Below are positions 1 to 13,978 of a stretch of 64,000 nucleotides of DNA, piece after piece; position 1 is the stretch's first letter, and every line of letters starts with the position of its first letter. Under the pieces are notes generated by a model. The model ran no database searches. It saw only the letters and a list, made by a program, of their open reading frames with translations, and was not told the origin of the DNA. The position numbers and the translations under genes are program-made. The DNA comes from Kudoa neothunni (lineage: Eukaryota; Animalia; Cnidaria): NCBI GenBank assembly GCA_964304625.1, contig OZ199840.1, positions 5,569,200 through 5,633,199 on the forward strand. Direction: 5' to 3'.

Positions 1-1626
1 TATTGGGTTCATCATGCTTTGGTTGTATTTAAATTAAAATATCTGTCAATTTTATTGATTCTATTTATATATATATATATATGCATAGTTTGAACAGCAT
101 TATTGGTGTAAGGGTGTTTCTTTTGTTGTTGTTTTTTCATATTTTAGATTCGAAACAACAACGCGAATATTTTAAACTTGAATATTTGGTATTTGATTAA
201 TGCATGGATTCTCTGATAATTTTTGAAGGCAAAGTCGGGTAAGGCATTCATTGAAGATAGTAGCCAATCGCTGAGAATACTCAAACAATATCATGGTATG
301 CGTTATTCCCAAAACTATCATACACGAAACAAATTAACCTAATCTATTGAATTAATTTCCTATTTAGATGTTTACGTAATAATTTATTATTGTTTAAATC
401 GTCTTTATCGAATGTTAGAGCAAAATTTGTGAAACAGAAGAACCAGAAATTGGTCAAAATCAAGTATGTTGCTCTATCAGATATTTTTTGCTTATTACCG
501 CAACAATTCGATTTATAGAGTTGCAATAACATCGAGAAGATCTTAGTTGAAGCTCTTTATGGTCATTCGAATGATGTATTTGTAGTTTGAGTTTATAGAA
601 TGGTTTGATATGTTCGATTAGAAAATGAAAAGTGCGGACGCTATGTACATGAGAGGCAGATTATTAATCAGTGAAATTTTTGCTATAGTTCTAACTAGAG
701 TACGGCTCAAAAATGGATTCCATAGTTACGCATCTGTGCCACAAAAGTTGCATCAGATTTTTTGACCACCTTCGCAAGGTAAGAGATTCAAGTTCGATAA
801 TCTAGTTAGACTATGTATGACTATGTGGCGCAAAACAGTTTTTAAGTTTGGACTTTTTAATTCATCTCTAGGGTAACAGATCAACCAACGACCGAATAAA
901 CGAGTTGAAGATAGCTGAAACTGTCACCTTATTAAAGTCTGTAAGTGAGTAAATAAGTGAGTTGTTGTGTATTCTTGTGCGCGTAGTTTAAACCAGGCGG
1001 CAAGGATGACAGTAAGATGTCGGAATTCTTTATTGATTTTTTTGTGAATACTAATCGTGATCACATCAAACTAGTTATTAAACAGTTCAAAGAAGTAATT
1101 CGTGTAATAGAATAAAAAGATTATAATCGATTTTCCATAGACTCACGGTATCTCGTTGAATAGCTATATCAAAGCAGTTATAAAGTCCCCTTTGAGAAAA
1201 GTTCTTTCAATTGCTTGTAAAATGACTTCAATTCTGAAAATTTGTGTTTTTGGAATGGTTTAAATTCTTACCTATAAAGGTAGAATGTCAGAAAGCAGGA
1301 CAAAGTATTTTGGCAAAGCGTTGTTTAAAGCTGTGCATCAAAATGATTACATTTCCATACTGAGGATTCTCACCTTAAACAAAGTAATAATATTTCTAGT
1401 TATAGTTGATCTTTAATTGATTGATATTTTATTTAATTAGGCCAACGTTGAAAGCATACTCAACATCTACAAAAATTTCTGTGGGTGCACATTCGAGAAA
1501 TCGCTGGCAGTGATGAACTGTACGGGACCTCGCGATGTGATATACGGGAAGTATTTCATGAGTATCGCTCTGGATCCCCTTGTGTTTGATGAATCAACAA
1601 CAACAACAACAACAACTAGGCTATAA
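1..1626 (+). CDS. Divergent annexin-like protein A (multi-exon; 5' end unresolved or outside window)
   Basis: Spliced 3' exons 987-1094, 1141-1216, 1280-1383 and 1441-1626 (GT-AG, frame-consistent) give ...FFVNTNRDHIKLVIKQFKE/THGISLNSYIKAVIKSPLRKVLSIA-C-RMSESRTKYFGKALFKAVHQNDYISILRILTLNK/ANVESILNIYKNFCGCTFEKSL...stop. This resembles annexin repeats 3-4 (YGKSLEDAI; YFAERLYKAM...LIRII...DL..IK..F...YG.SL). Confidence 0.6.
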
Positions 1627-1829
1627 ATCTTAGCGACAATTAATTGTTCTCAAAATCTTATTAAAAAGATTTACTTTTAATACAGAGGTTTCTTGAGTGT
1701 GATTTATTTTCAAATAACCGCTAATTACCGCTCTTTTGATTATCATATCAAAATTGGAATTAATTTTAATTTGTTGAATAATTGAATAGAAATATATATA
1801 GTTTTATTAGAATAAGTTTCTTCAGTTAG

Positions 1830-4110
1830 AGGTAATATAGGATAGCTACGTGACCAAGATAAAGTAAGGGTTATATTTAACTGGAGATTAACCAACAGAT
1901 TTTATACAAATATATTCATAGGAAATTTAAAAAAAGCATTTTAGCCTACATTCTTTATTTATCATCGCACATGAAAATATTTATTTGGTTTTATCAGCTA
2001 TATAGGGACATTTATAATAAATTTATTATCGGGTGTAATCTGATTAAAGGGGTGGTGAAGGCGGTCGTGTCACACTGACGTCAAATACCCGAGCAAGTTG
2101 GCAATCCTCAAATGAATCAAAGTATACGATATACATTAACTTATCTATAATACCACCTAGATACCAATGATAAAAGCCAAGTGAACCACTTTGGGAGTTG
2201 ATTTATTGATCAGTTTCGCTAGCTCATTCATCCACAAATGTTGGAAAATTATCTAACCACGCTGACCTCTTGTCTAATGAAAAGCATAAAATAAATCGAA
2301 TGCTTTATTTTGAGCATTTTTTAGAGAAAGATGCTCATATCTTTTTGAAATTAATGACCACATTTGATTTCAAACAGTGTGTGTATCTCAGGAAAGAATT
2401 CGAAAGAAAAAATGACTGTGTATTTTTTTCCAACATATATGAGTGATATTTTCATTTATACCAAAAATAGTTGATCGTGAAGCTTATTGACAAGAATTAT
2501 CCCAACAAATATAAAAAGATATGCAAATTGTTGACATTTTCTTATGAAGAAACTTGCTCCTACTGGATAGGGCATTTGTTTAAAGTAACCAACATATATG
2601 CTATCTCTTAAAAACTCACCAATATCATTAGAATATAGAACACTACGCCTGTATGATATTTCCAATATAAGATTTATTTGTCATCTAGTTTAGTCAGTGA
2701 AAACCAACGTGACAATATGGATTTAGGGAAAGTAATTTCAAGGGGAAATAAATACCTTTATATTTGGTTAAAACTACTAGAGAGTGGATTATTTCCAATA
2801 TAAATTGTATGATCAACATCATCTTTTCAATAAACATGGTCACAAACCTTATGGTGGTAATGCGAATCTTTATATACAATAATTTATATGCTAACTATGT
2901 TTTATTAATGATTTTTAATATAGATGCCAAGGTAATATCTATTTTTGAGAATTTATTGACGTATTTTGTAAAAATTTTAGTGTACTGTGGTTAGAAGTCG
3001 TGACAAGAACCTTGGCCCCAATTATGTTTAGCAATATGTTGATTCCTCCTTTCTAATGTTTAACATAGACCGCTGATCGATACATTATTATTTTAACCGA
3101 ATCTCTGCTGGGAAAAACCTCTCAAGTCATTTGCAAAATATTAATTTTTTTAAGCTCTTTCTTATGTCGCTATAGCAAATAGATGCGATATTGAATAGTT
3201 ATCGTGATAGTAAAATTATACGTGGAGTGTAGACTAGTCTAACTCAATTGAATCTTGCTTTAGACCATGCAGATCCACTGATAACAGATATAAAAAGAAT
3301 CGTTCAATGTCCACTGTGTGTCGAATTTTTTAAACTTATTTTATCGGTATTTATAAAAGTTTATTATAAAATATTACAACGACGCACATTCCCTCTTCAC
3401 AATAAATCTTGTAGGAGGATCATCATGGGTACAGTGAATCTGAAGAAGATATTCATTTGGCCAATATATTGAAAAAAGTATATTATTGTAACATCATAAA
3501 TTTTAATTAATTCCATATATAAAAGATGACTGATGACGATTATATCAATAAAAAAATGGCTGGCTTATATATGAATGTTTTCTCGCGCTCAAACCTAAAC
3601 AAATTGAAAGCCACTATACGAGAGTTCAAAAAGGTATCCGATCTCCTAGTCATTTCTCAGAATAACAATTAATTTATTGTTTGCTCAATAGATACATGGC
3701 ATTTCTATGAGAACTTTTATTAAAGGTATGTTCCCACTGCCCCTTAACAAAATCCTTTCAATCGGCTGTATATCATAGTTTATTTATTTTATTTGTGGTT
3801 TATGTGAAATAAAGGCCAGATTATTGACAATCCTCGCAAGTACTACTCTAAACAGCTATTCAGAGCTATCTGCGAAAATGATTTTTTCACCATCCACAGG
3901 ATTATCTCATTAAATAACGTAATATATAGGTTCAATATGTTCTTTATTAGTTTTAATTGTATGAAGTCGTCTCTGAACGAACTGTTTACTCACTTCCAAC
4001 AAATCTTTGGAGTCGCTGTGAACGAAGCAATGATAAATTTGAAAAAAAATGAACACACCATTGTTATCAAAGAATTGGTTGATATTCATTTGGAAAATAT
4101 TATAAATTGA
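1830..4110 (+). CDS. Divergent annexin-like protein B, tandem paralogue of A (start approximate)
   Basis: Exons 3526-3633, 3692-3767, 3815-3918 and 3967-4110 give MTDDDYINKKMAGLYMNVFSRSNLNKLKATIREFKK/IHGISMRTFIKGMFPLPLNKILSIG-C-QIIDNPRKYYSKQLFRAICENDFFTIHRIISLNN/SSLNELFTHFQQIFGVAVNEAM...stop. The first three exon lengths (108/76/104 nt) and their phases are identical to gene A. Confidence 0.6.
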
Positions 4111-4523
4111 ATTCAAAAAATTATAATAACATTAGCAACTATTTTGAATAGGATTTAGTAGTTTAGACATTATTCACTACGTTTATACGGAATTTGTGTA
4201 AAATCTCGTAAAATATATTTTGTTTCATTTACTATCTCATAAATTATTAATATTAATTTACTTTACTTTACTTTAATACCATAGAAGCAAGAAATACTTA
4301 TAAATTATTTTATTTGAATAAATTTAATTATTGGGTTTTTCGATCTTTAATGACAAGTGGCACGCATGTAATTTTGGTTTATAATTAAGTTCATATTATA
4401 AATTAAGTGAACAGAAATAATAATATGAATGATAAAAATTTAGCGTAACGTTTTAGTTTGATATTTATGAACTATTAAACGGATAATAGCGACGATTCTT
4501 AAACGAAATTTAAGAGACAAACA

Positions 4524-4852
4524 ATGAGTGACCGAGATAGGGAAATGATTGCTAATAAGTGCGAATTGGGTTACAGCAATGCCGTCATTGCTGAAAATGT
4601 CTGATTAAAGTGACAAACTGTTGCTACAATTGTAAAATCATGCCTTCTCGATGGGTAAGAAGTCATTAAGAAGGGTTGGTGACTTATCTTCAAAACTCAA
4701 TGAAGATCAATAGTTGCTGATTAGACGTTGGATGGATGAGGACGTCACTATTACCCTTAGGAGTCTTCGTCTAAAATTATTAGATGAATATGATGTAAAT
4801 GTTATCATTAGCACAATAAATAGAAGCATTAAAGAATTTCATTATTCTTTAA
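4524..4852 (+). pseudogene. Tc1/IS630-like transposase N-terminal HTH remnant
   Basis: MSDRDREMIANKCELGYSNAVIAENV*...IRRWMDEDVTITLRSLRLKLLDEYDVNVIISTINRSIKEFHYSL resembles the paired HTH of IS630/Tc1 transposases. It has stops and a frameshift and is truncated at a TTAA where the piggyBac begins. Confidence 0.55.
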
Positions 4853-6730
4853 CTCATTCGAGTTTTATGTATCGGAAATTTATACACCAGTATTTCGATT
4901 GTATATCTATATATAAATAATATATTTACTTTTTTTCCATTTTAATTTAAGTAAAAAATAAAAATTGTTTATAATATAACGATATAAATGTAAAATTATT
5001 TATTCTTTTTTTGCGTCTGCCTAAGCCTAAGTATGGGCATAAGAACGAAAAAATGTTTCTATTGCGCTAGAAAAAACTAAAATCGCTAACATATATTATC
5101 TTTTGAATGAATTTTACATTATATTCAATTTAAACATCACATCTAAACTGATTGTGGAAATAATATACTTTAACAGATGTATCATTTTCGATACATAAAA
5201 CCCACGTGTTTTCGGTTAACTCTCAAAACAAATCTCAGTGAGTATTTAAAATTACCTGATGCAATCGAAAATTTAGACGAAATTTACGATAACACATTTA
5301 TTGATATGGTTGCGCTTCCGCCTGACAATGTTGGTGTAGTTACTGATGAAGAGGACAGTTATATTCCCATCGGCGATCATGGATATCATCGGAGACAAAG
5401 ATATCCATGGTATTGCGGGCCATGTTGAAATATTTACTACTTTAGGAGACCCAGAAGAAACAGAATTTAACAAAATTTAGATTCTTATGAAATATATAAG
5501 CAATCATTTGATGACAATCTTGTATTAAAAATAGTTAAGCAGATAAATATTTACTCTCGCCAGAGGAATGATCATGACTTTCGTGTATCTGTTGATGAAA
5601 TGAAAAATTTCATAGGCATACTTATATTATCTGGTTATCATAACTTACCAAGACAGACAATGCATTGGGAAACTGCTGAAGACTCTGGCGTCCAATTAGT
5701 TAAAAAAGCGATGACTTTAAAATGTTATGTACATTTTGCTGATAACAACTCAATCGATGTAAGCGATAAATTGAATTCTAATTTTAAAAAATTCGGGATT
5801 TTTGATAAAATATTATCAACCGATGAACAAATGGTGCCTTATTTTGGTATGTACTCGGCTAAAATGTTTATATATTATACAGCTTCAAAATTTATTGTGT
5901 TAAAGAAAGAGCAAATAACCAATTTTGTCTCAGTGAGAATGTGATTTTAAATTTTCTAAACGATATTGACAACTTCTTTACATCCTACAAACTACTAAAG
6001 TTGTTGAAGGAAATGAATATGGCAGCTACTGGTACAGTAGGATCAAATCGAACTGGGAAGTGTCTTCTTCGATGTTCTAATGTTTATTCCAAAAATAAAA
6101 GAGGATATACCGAACAATATGAAGATTCTCATCAAATCTATTGTTCCCAATAGAATGACACGAAGCTGGTTATCCATTAGTATCCATAAAAAGATACTCC
6201 GAAAAGGATAACAAAAATATAATTATTGACCAGCCTCAAATGATACATAAATACAGCAGAAAACTGGGTGGTGTTGATTTGGCCGATAATGGTATTGTCA
6301 ATTATAGAATTTGTATAAGAAGAAAAAAATGGCATTGGCTAATTTTCATTAACCTGATATCCATGTGTGTTGTTAACTCCTGGAAAATTTATAATTCCCT
6401 AGCAGACAAACCTATTGATCTTTTAGAACAATCGTGTCAAATTTGATAAAACTATCATGAAAAAATCCAAATTTTCTCAAGTTATTAAATCTATTATGTG
6501 CCCAAATCCTCTAATAACAACTGATAAATCTGGAAAATGACTGAGATGTGCCATATGCCATAAAATCATCGTACACTTTTGTGAAGGATGTTTCGTCCTA
6601 TTTCACAGTTGACGAATAATTTTCAATAAAACATCGTAATAATATAATATTAACTAATTGATTTTTATTTTTTGCGCATGCACGTTCTCGGGGGTTTTAT
6701 GTATCGAAAATGATACATTCATAAAATCGC
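4853..6730 (+). mobile_element. Decayed piggyBac (PGBD2/3-like) transposon
   Basis: TTAA at 4849-4852 precedes the left end. Broken ORFs 5177-6612 carry piggyBac motifs (LPPDNVGVVTDEE, FIGILILSGYHNLP, STDEQMVPYFG, DNFFTS, ATGTV..NR, GGVDLAD, RRKKW, C-terminal Cys cluster). Perfect 27-bp inverted subterminal pair at 5177-5203 / 6692-6718. Right end not resolved. Confidence 0.85.
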
Positions 6731-6809
6731 AATATTTTTTAACCTATTATCTCAGTTTAATTTTATATTCAAATTAATAGTTTTCTATTAAAAATATATG
6801 GAACGATAC

Positions 6810-9050
6810 CAGAATCGGTGGTACCTTTGTACGCACGCGTCAAAAAATGTCGCGAATTAAACAAAATTCTGTTTTAGGAGCGCGCAGCGCAGTCGACCAC
6901 CGGGCACAATTATACACCCAATTCGTGTACCGCGTGATTTATTTTTTTAAGCTCGCGCATTTATCATCGAACTCATTGCCTTAATACCTACTGAGGTTGC
7001 TAATCACACGCCGCGCCCGCTAACGCCAATCTAATTACAGACCGCCTGGGCACACTATTAATTTATATATGTCATTTTGTGTAACTTTTTTGGATATGCA
7101 GCAACTTTCTATTTTGATATAATAACGAATCATGAAGTATAACTTCAAAAAAAATAATCGAAAATTAACGCTTTCAAAAATATTTTCCTAATACATTATA
7201 TATGTGGATTAAAACCATATGAATTTTCGTCAGTTATAACAAACGTGTTGCAAAAGTAATTATTTAAATTATCATATACAAAATATAGTTCATTAATTAA
7301 GTTTAAAAGTCAAGTCGTCCCAGTTGTCTTAACATTTCCAAAAAGGGATCTTCCTTGTTTTTCAGATATTTTCGTTTGAAAATATATTTATAGAAAGAAC
7401 TAAGTCAAAATTTATTAATTGATTAATTATCTATATAAAAACCTTGAGTACAAGTATTTTCTCATTCCATTAGACGGTAACGAAAGTTTCAACTGACGCC
7501 AAGTTGATTCAATAGTGTTAGTGTGTGTGCCATCTTTCGCAACATAGCACTCACTATGGTTTACCACGCGATGTTGATAACCTAATGAGGACAACTTTTT
7601 ATATACTTTCGCTGCATCGGTATGTATAGTGGTACCTAAATACAGTTATATTGTTTTTATTTAAGATAAAAACCGGGTAAAATATATTTCTTGATCAATG
7701 GTATTAGAGTTTGGTGGTTTCTTTTATTGACTGGGACGGCAAAAATATTGTGAGATCCTCGCTCTATACCACCAAATACCCATTGTCCTTCGATAGTTCG
7801 TTCGTTCGGCCGCGATTATACTTGCGTTTCCCGAATTTCGATTCGTCTATTTGGACGATTTATTTTACCAGGACCTAACGAAATATTAATTATAGATAGA
7901 AAATATAATTACCTCCAATCTTTGGGAATCCATTTGGAGAATTTCTCCACACAGGAACCTAAATTTTTTTTTCCAGTCCACAATCCAATCCACAAATGAG
8001 TTAAAGGAGGAAATCCTTAAATCGGATATTATGAATTTATTCCTACATTCATGGATCCAATAATAAATAAGTAATAAGATCGTCTAAAACTATTATATAT
8101 AATGTTGAGTAAATCAAAATACTTTAATTTTTAACTTTGAAAATTCGAAAATAGAATTCTTACGAAGAGAGATAAATTTCCGACATTTTTTATTGTTACA
8201 TCTCCAAGCAACTTTATCTATAATCATTTTTGTTTCTTTCACTAGTTTAACCAGTTTCACATTTGGTGCATACGCCGGCTCTATCTTTTAACAAATTATA
8301 AAGTTTGTCGTTGTTCGAGCACAACTTGTATATTTTGTTAGTGTTGAAACTTTTACTTAAATATATTATTCCGCGATATAATATATAATAAATTGGTTCT
8401 AGTAATTCCATAATTTATATAGCATTGTTCTTAAGGTTTGAGCATTTAATTGGTTAGATGCTTTTAATCAATTATTTAACTTTATTATTAATATGAAGTA
8501 GCTTTAAATTTGAAATATAAATCATATTATTTCTGCCATGGCTTTATGAACTCACATATTAATAATCACATCAAATATAATTTTCGTAAAATTATTAATC
8601 GGGGTCCAAATAGCATAAATAAGACGTAATATATATACAATAATTAACTACCTATGATTTCATAACATAAAATCTAATAATGTACACTAATAAATCTAAG
8701 TACGATTATAGTAAATCTCATATTATTCTTGTTTTTATTATAATAATTCTAAGTTGCAATCGCATTATAATTTATTGGTTTTGTATTTAAACAACATTTA
8801 AGTATTGCTGATTTGCAATAACCATGTTTTTGTTGTTAAAATTAATGATTTACGATTGGTGATTAGAGTCTTTGAGGATTTTGACATCAATATTGTTGAC
8901 ATGTAACCCTGAAAAAATTCCTCAAACTAAAATAGCCGTGAAAATATTGTTTGAAACGTAAACGAATGCGCCAGCTACAGAATATCAGGCGATTTCTCGC
9001 TTTAGAGCGAACCTGACTGGCGCACGCGCACGCGAGTACCACCGATTCTG
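6810..9050 (-). mobile_element. Merlin/IS1595(ISXO2)-like DNA transposon with TIRs
   Basis: Perfect 15-bp TIR CAGAATCGGTGGTAC at 6810-6824 and 9036-9050, extending imperfectly into CpG-rich subterminal sequence. Encloses a transposase on the minus strand. No clean TSD seen. Confidence 0.75.
7440..8540 (-). pseudogene. Intron-containing IS1595/Merlin-family DDE transposase (frameshifted; ends approximate)
   Basis: Minus-strand motifs IGG|PGK.IVQIDESKFGKRKYNRGR, KYILP|GTTIHTDAAKVY and HRVVNHSECYVAKDGTHTNTIESTWRQLK. GT-AG introns at 8084-8122, 7875-7912 and 7636-7673. Confidence 0.85.
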
Positions 9051-9419
9051 ATATGGAGGGTTTTATTTAGAATCGTCCAAACCTTTACGATTAAAATAAA
9101 AAATAATTTTGATTGTGATAAAATTGTATTTTTTTAAAATTGTTGTTAACAGAAATCATTGGTATTATCATCGTGTTGTCTAAATGGTTTGTTTCTACAA
9201 ATTAAAGTCAAGGATCGACTAGATTAATCGCATTTAATCTTCACATGATTGCTTTAAGAAAATTTTATTTTATTAATACACTTTTGAATATAAATGCAAA
9301 CATAGTGATAAATAAGAGAGAGAGACCAAATTGCAAGAGCCACATTAAAATTTTGTTTTGTTCGCATGCGTCATGACGGCATCTCATCTCGAACTAAATT
9401 CCCATTTTAGTGCCCACGA

Positions 9420-9610
9420 CCCCTCCCCTCCCCTCCCCTCACCTACTGTATAATATGTATATATATATATACATGCGCAAACGTTAGTGAGTAACAATCA
9501 ACGAATCTACTGCGAACAAACAGTAACAGTTAACATTAAGCAACATTAAGTAACATTAAGTAACACTGAGAAACACTGAGAAATTGAAGGATAGATAGAT
9601 AGATAGATAG
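9420..9610. repeat. Cluster of simple repeats
   Basis: (CCCCT)4, (TA)n, TAACATTAAG-like x3, AACACTGAG x2 and (GATA)5 upstream of PP2A. Confidence 0.8.
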
Positions 9611-10030
9611 TGAAAAGTGATTCACTATAACAGCTCACTAATTGTGTAGCACCATAGTTAAAAGCAATAATTTAGGATTATTTCACGACAAAGAGCGATT
9701 TATTGTCCCTTAAATATGCTTAAGTTTGTCCCATTTGACCCAAAATACCAATTTGGAACCAAACTACTGAAATTTAGACAACCATGATAAACATGTTTAG
9801 CACATGTCACGTGCGCAACGTCTTAATATTTTTCACCCAGCGCGCCAAGCCTTAGTTTTGCATTAATAGTAGTTGTATTAGAGTGGATGTGAATACTAAT
9901 GGAAAAATATTTCCAAACCTCACACTCAGTTGTTCTTCGTAGACTACACTTGCTAACCACAAAATAAGCAATTCATATCATCACCAAATGTTTTCGGTGA
10001 TTGTCGGTCACAAAAGGATTACCTCCCCAA

Positions 10031-11416
<1,386 letters not shown>

Positions 11417-11701
11417 TTATTTTATCGCTCTTATTAGATTATATTTTTTTCATATAATTTTCTACAATTGGATATGTGAATTGTTTTATTTTGAGCTTGA
11501 TCCTAATCGATCTACTACATATTGGGGAAACGCGCGACTGGACCTTATTATTTTAATTTGCGCAGGTTTTTCAGTGTTGACAAGGTGCTGCGTCTAAATT
11601 CTTAATCCGAGAAATTTATAAGCTGCGCACGCTCACTGAATTTATTTTTCTTAATATTTCCAAATCTACTTATTTACACTCTTTTCATTAATTATCTAAA
11701 A

Positions 11702-11873
11702 TGCTTGCGCAAAGTGACACTTAGAAGCAGATGTGCACTTTGGGGTGTTCGCTCGTGAATGCACATGAACGAGTCACGGAATATTTTAGGGCCTGAGAAG
11801 ATTTGGTGACGAACAAGAACGAACGAAAATACATTGTCTGCTGGGGCGACGCCGAAACTCAATTGCGTGAGCA
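11702..11873. ncRNA. Candidate structured non-coding RNA (family unassigned)
   Basis: GC-rich island closed by an 11-bp stem (TGCTTGCGCAA / TTGCGTGAGCA, two G-U pairs), with nested stems AGCAGA/TCTGCT, TTCGCTCGT/ACGAACGAA and GTCAC...GTGAC. No convincing coding frame. Confidence 0.35.
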
Positions 11874-12733
11874 CACTTCGTTATAAAAGTTGTTTCAGGC
11901 TACTTACTAGACTCGGTATATTTAATATACATCTTTTTGTGATGGAATAAGAAAAAACGCACAGAACAAGAGATCAGTTGTTATATAATGGTTATTTTTA
12001 TAAAGTGGCCATGAAACTAATTCGAATTAACAAAGGACGTTTTACCACTCCCCAGTCGCTAAATATCTCTTTTCAAGATAGATACGACCATAATCACGTT
12101 TTTACTGTTTAGAATATTAAATCGAGTTATTATGAACGATTCACAGTGGGGCACCGAAAGCACAATAATATTATTAAAATAACAACAATTATTATTTGAA
12201 ACACGTATTATTATTTATTATTATTATTCCTTCTGATCAACCGCTTCGCGAGAGGTTTACATTTTATAGTTTCAACCTTCAATGAGTTGGGTTGTTAAGT
12301 TTTCACTGCTTTTATTAATGAAAAAATTCGTTCAACATTTGCATTTGCAGTAACTGGAATTACTGTCCTTAGCGCCTTGATCAAGCCAATCTTTAAATCT
12401 TCCACTTTAACCAATCTTGTTTGTTTGAAACACATATTATAACACGCCCCTCTCTAATTGTAGTTTGAATTTTCGTTCATACTTTGAAATAATATATGTC
12501 TATAAATTCAACTAATGTTTAAGGACTAGAAAAATTTTAATTCTCTCCATTACTAAAACAATAAATATGATCATTGAAATAATTCTACATCTCATTATTT
12601 ATAAACCGATCTCAACAAATCTAATAATCTACAAGTTTCGTAAATAAATAATAATCCCAAGGTTTGGAGGCTCTAGTTGCAACCGATTATACTCAATTAA
12701 AATGTGCGCAAAGTTTGTTTTCTTTATTTTAAA

Positions 12734-13922
12734 CCCTCCGATAATCACAAAAACTCCATGTACGTGTAAAGTACTTTGGGATAAAAAAAACACCCCAACT
12801 ATTTTTTTCGTTTAAAATACGGAGCATATCACAAAGTTTTCAAAACTAAAATCTAACAAATTTCCAGCCGACGGATTTAGTTCAAACAAAAATAAAAAAG
12901 ATGTTGGACTGTTTTTTATTATTTTTGAATGGTGAAATCATTAACGAAATCATTTTTTTTACAAATATGTTTGGAAAACATCATTTCGAAAACCAATGGT
13001 ACGATCTTGGTTGGGTGGAAATTAGGAGATATTTAGGATTTTTAATTCTTATGGCCACCCATAAGGATAGAGGGCAACCTATAAGTGAGTTATTCAGTCA
13101 GAAGGAAGAGCAATCTATCGGCATTTATTTTCACTTTGCCGCTTCGAACATATTTCCCAAGCACTGCATTTCGATGACTTTGATACAAGCGAAGAACGTA
13201 TAAAGTTGAACAAATTCTGTGTCATTCATGATATGATATATGGGAGAAGTGGGTTGACGTGCTACCTAAATGTTTTGCTCCGAATGAAGATGTAACTGTC
13301 GATGAACAACTGGTTCCGTTCCAGGAAGATGTCCTTTCCGCCAGTATATGCTCATGATGTCGACAAAAAGACACTTCAATAAAGCAAACATAAAAAATTA
13401 CAAGATAGTGTCATAAGTGCTACAAATTTTATTGTCCAATACATTCTTCAAAATAAATATTCCATAGAATTAATTTTTCTGCGCTGAAAGCTTTATTTAA
13501 TTACTTGGATGAGTCTAACCGTAATATTATATAATTACGACATACAGATTATAATGAATTATTAATCGAGCGGGTTAAACCACAATTATCTAATGTGAGA
13601 TATGTAAATTTATTTCTATTATGCTTATAAAAACATTATGTATATGAGTTAAAGAGTTTTTTGATTTTTTTTTAATAATTCAAACGTAAAAAAATGGGCG
13701 ACGTAATTTTTACCCCAATGTACTTTCTTTATAAGATAAACATGCAATAAATTTTTTAATATAAAATATTTAAAAAGTATTTTAGTATAAAATTAAAAAG
13801 AAATGTATGTTATAGGAATACAAAAAATCTTAAACGCAAAAATCTCCAACATAAGGAGATAAGGAGATAAACGAAATTTAAAATCACATTGGGATAGATT
13901 CTACCCAAAAATTATCAGAGGA
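12734..13922 (+). mobile_element. Internally deleted piggyBac (PGBD4-like) element
   Basis: Termini CCCTCCGATAAT and ATTATCAGAGGA-TTAA. Internal fragments include EIRRYLGFLILMA and VTVDEQLVPFQG-CPFRQYM (about 12900-13355). Confidence 0.8.
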
Positions 13923-13978
13923 TTAAGGATGAGTAATAAAACTTATTTTGATTATTCATACGAAAATTCAATCGTTAT

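Noticed and set aside
1086-1094. 9-nt micro-exon in annexin-like A
   Set aside because: It is the end of a 108-nt exon (987-1094) whose length matches the paralogue.
11780-11860. Hammerhead ribozyme or telomerase RNA
   Set aside because: CTGAGAA does not fit CUGANGA and the stems do not flank a GAAA core correctly. No CTAACCCT-type template is present on either strand.
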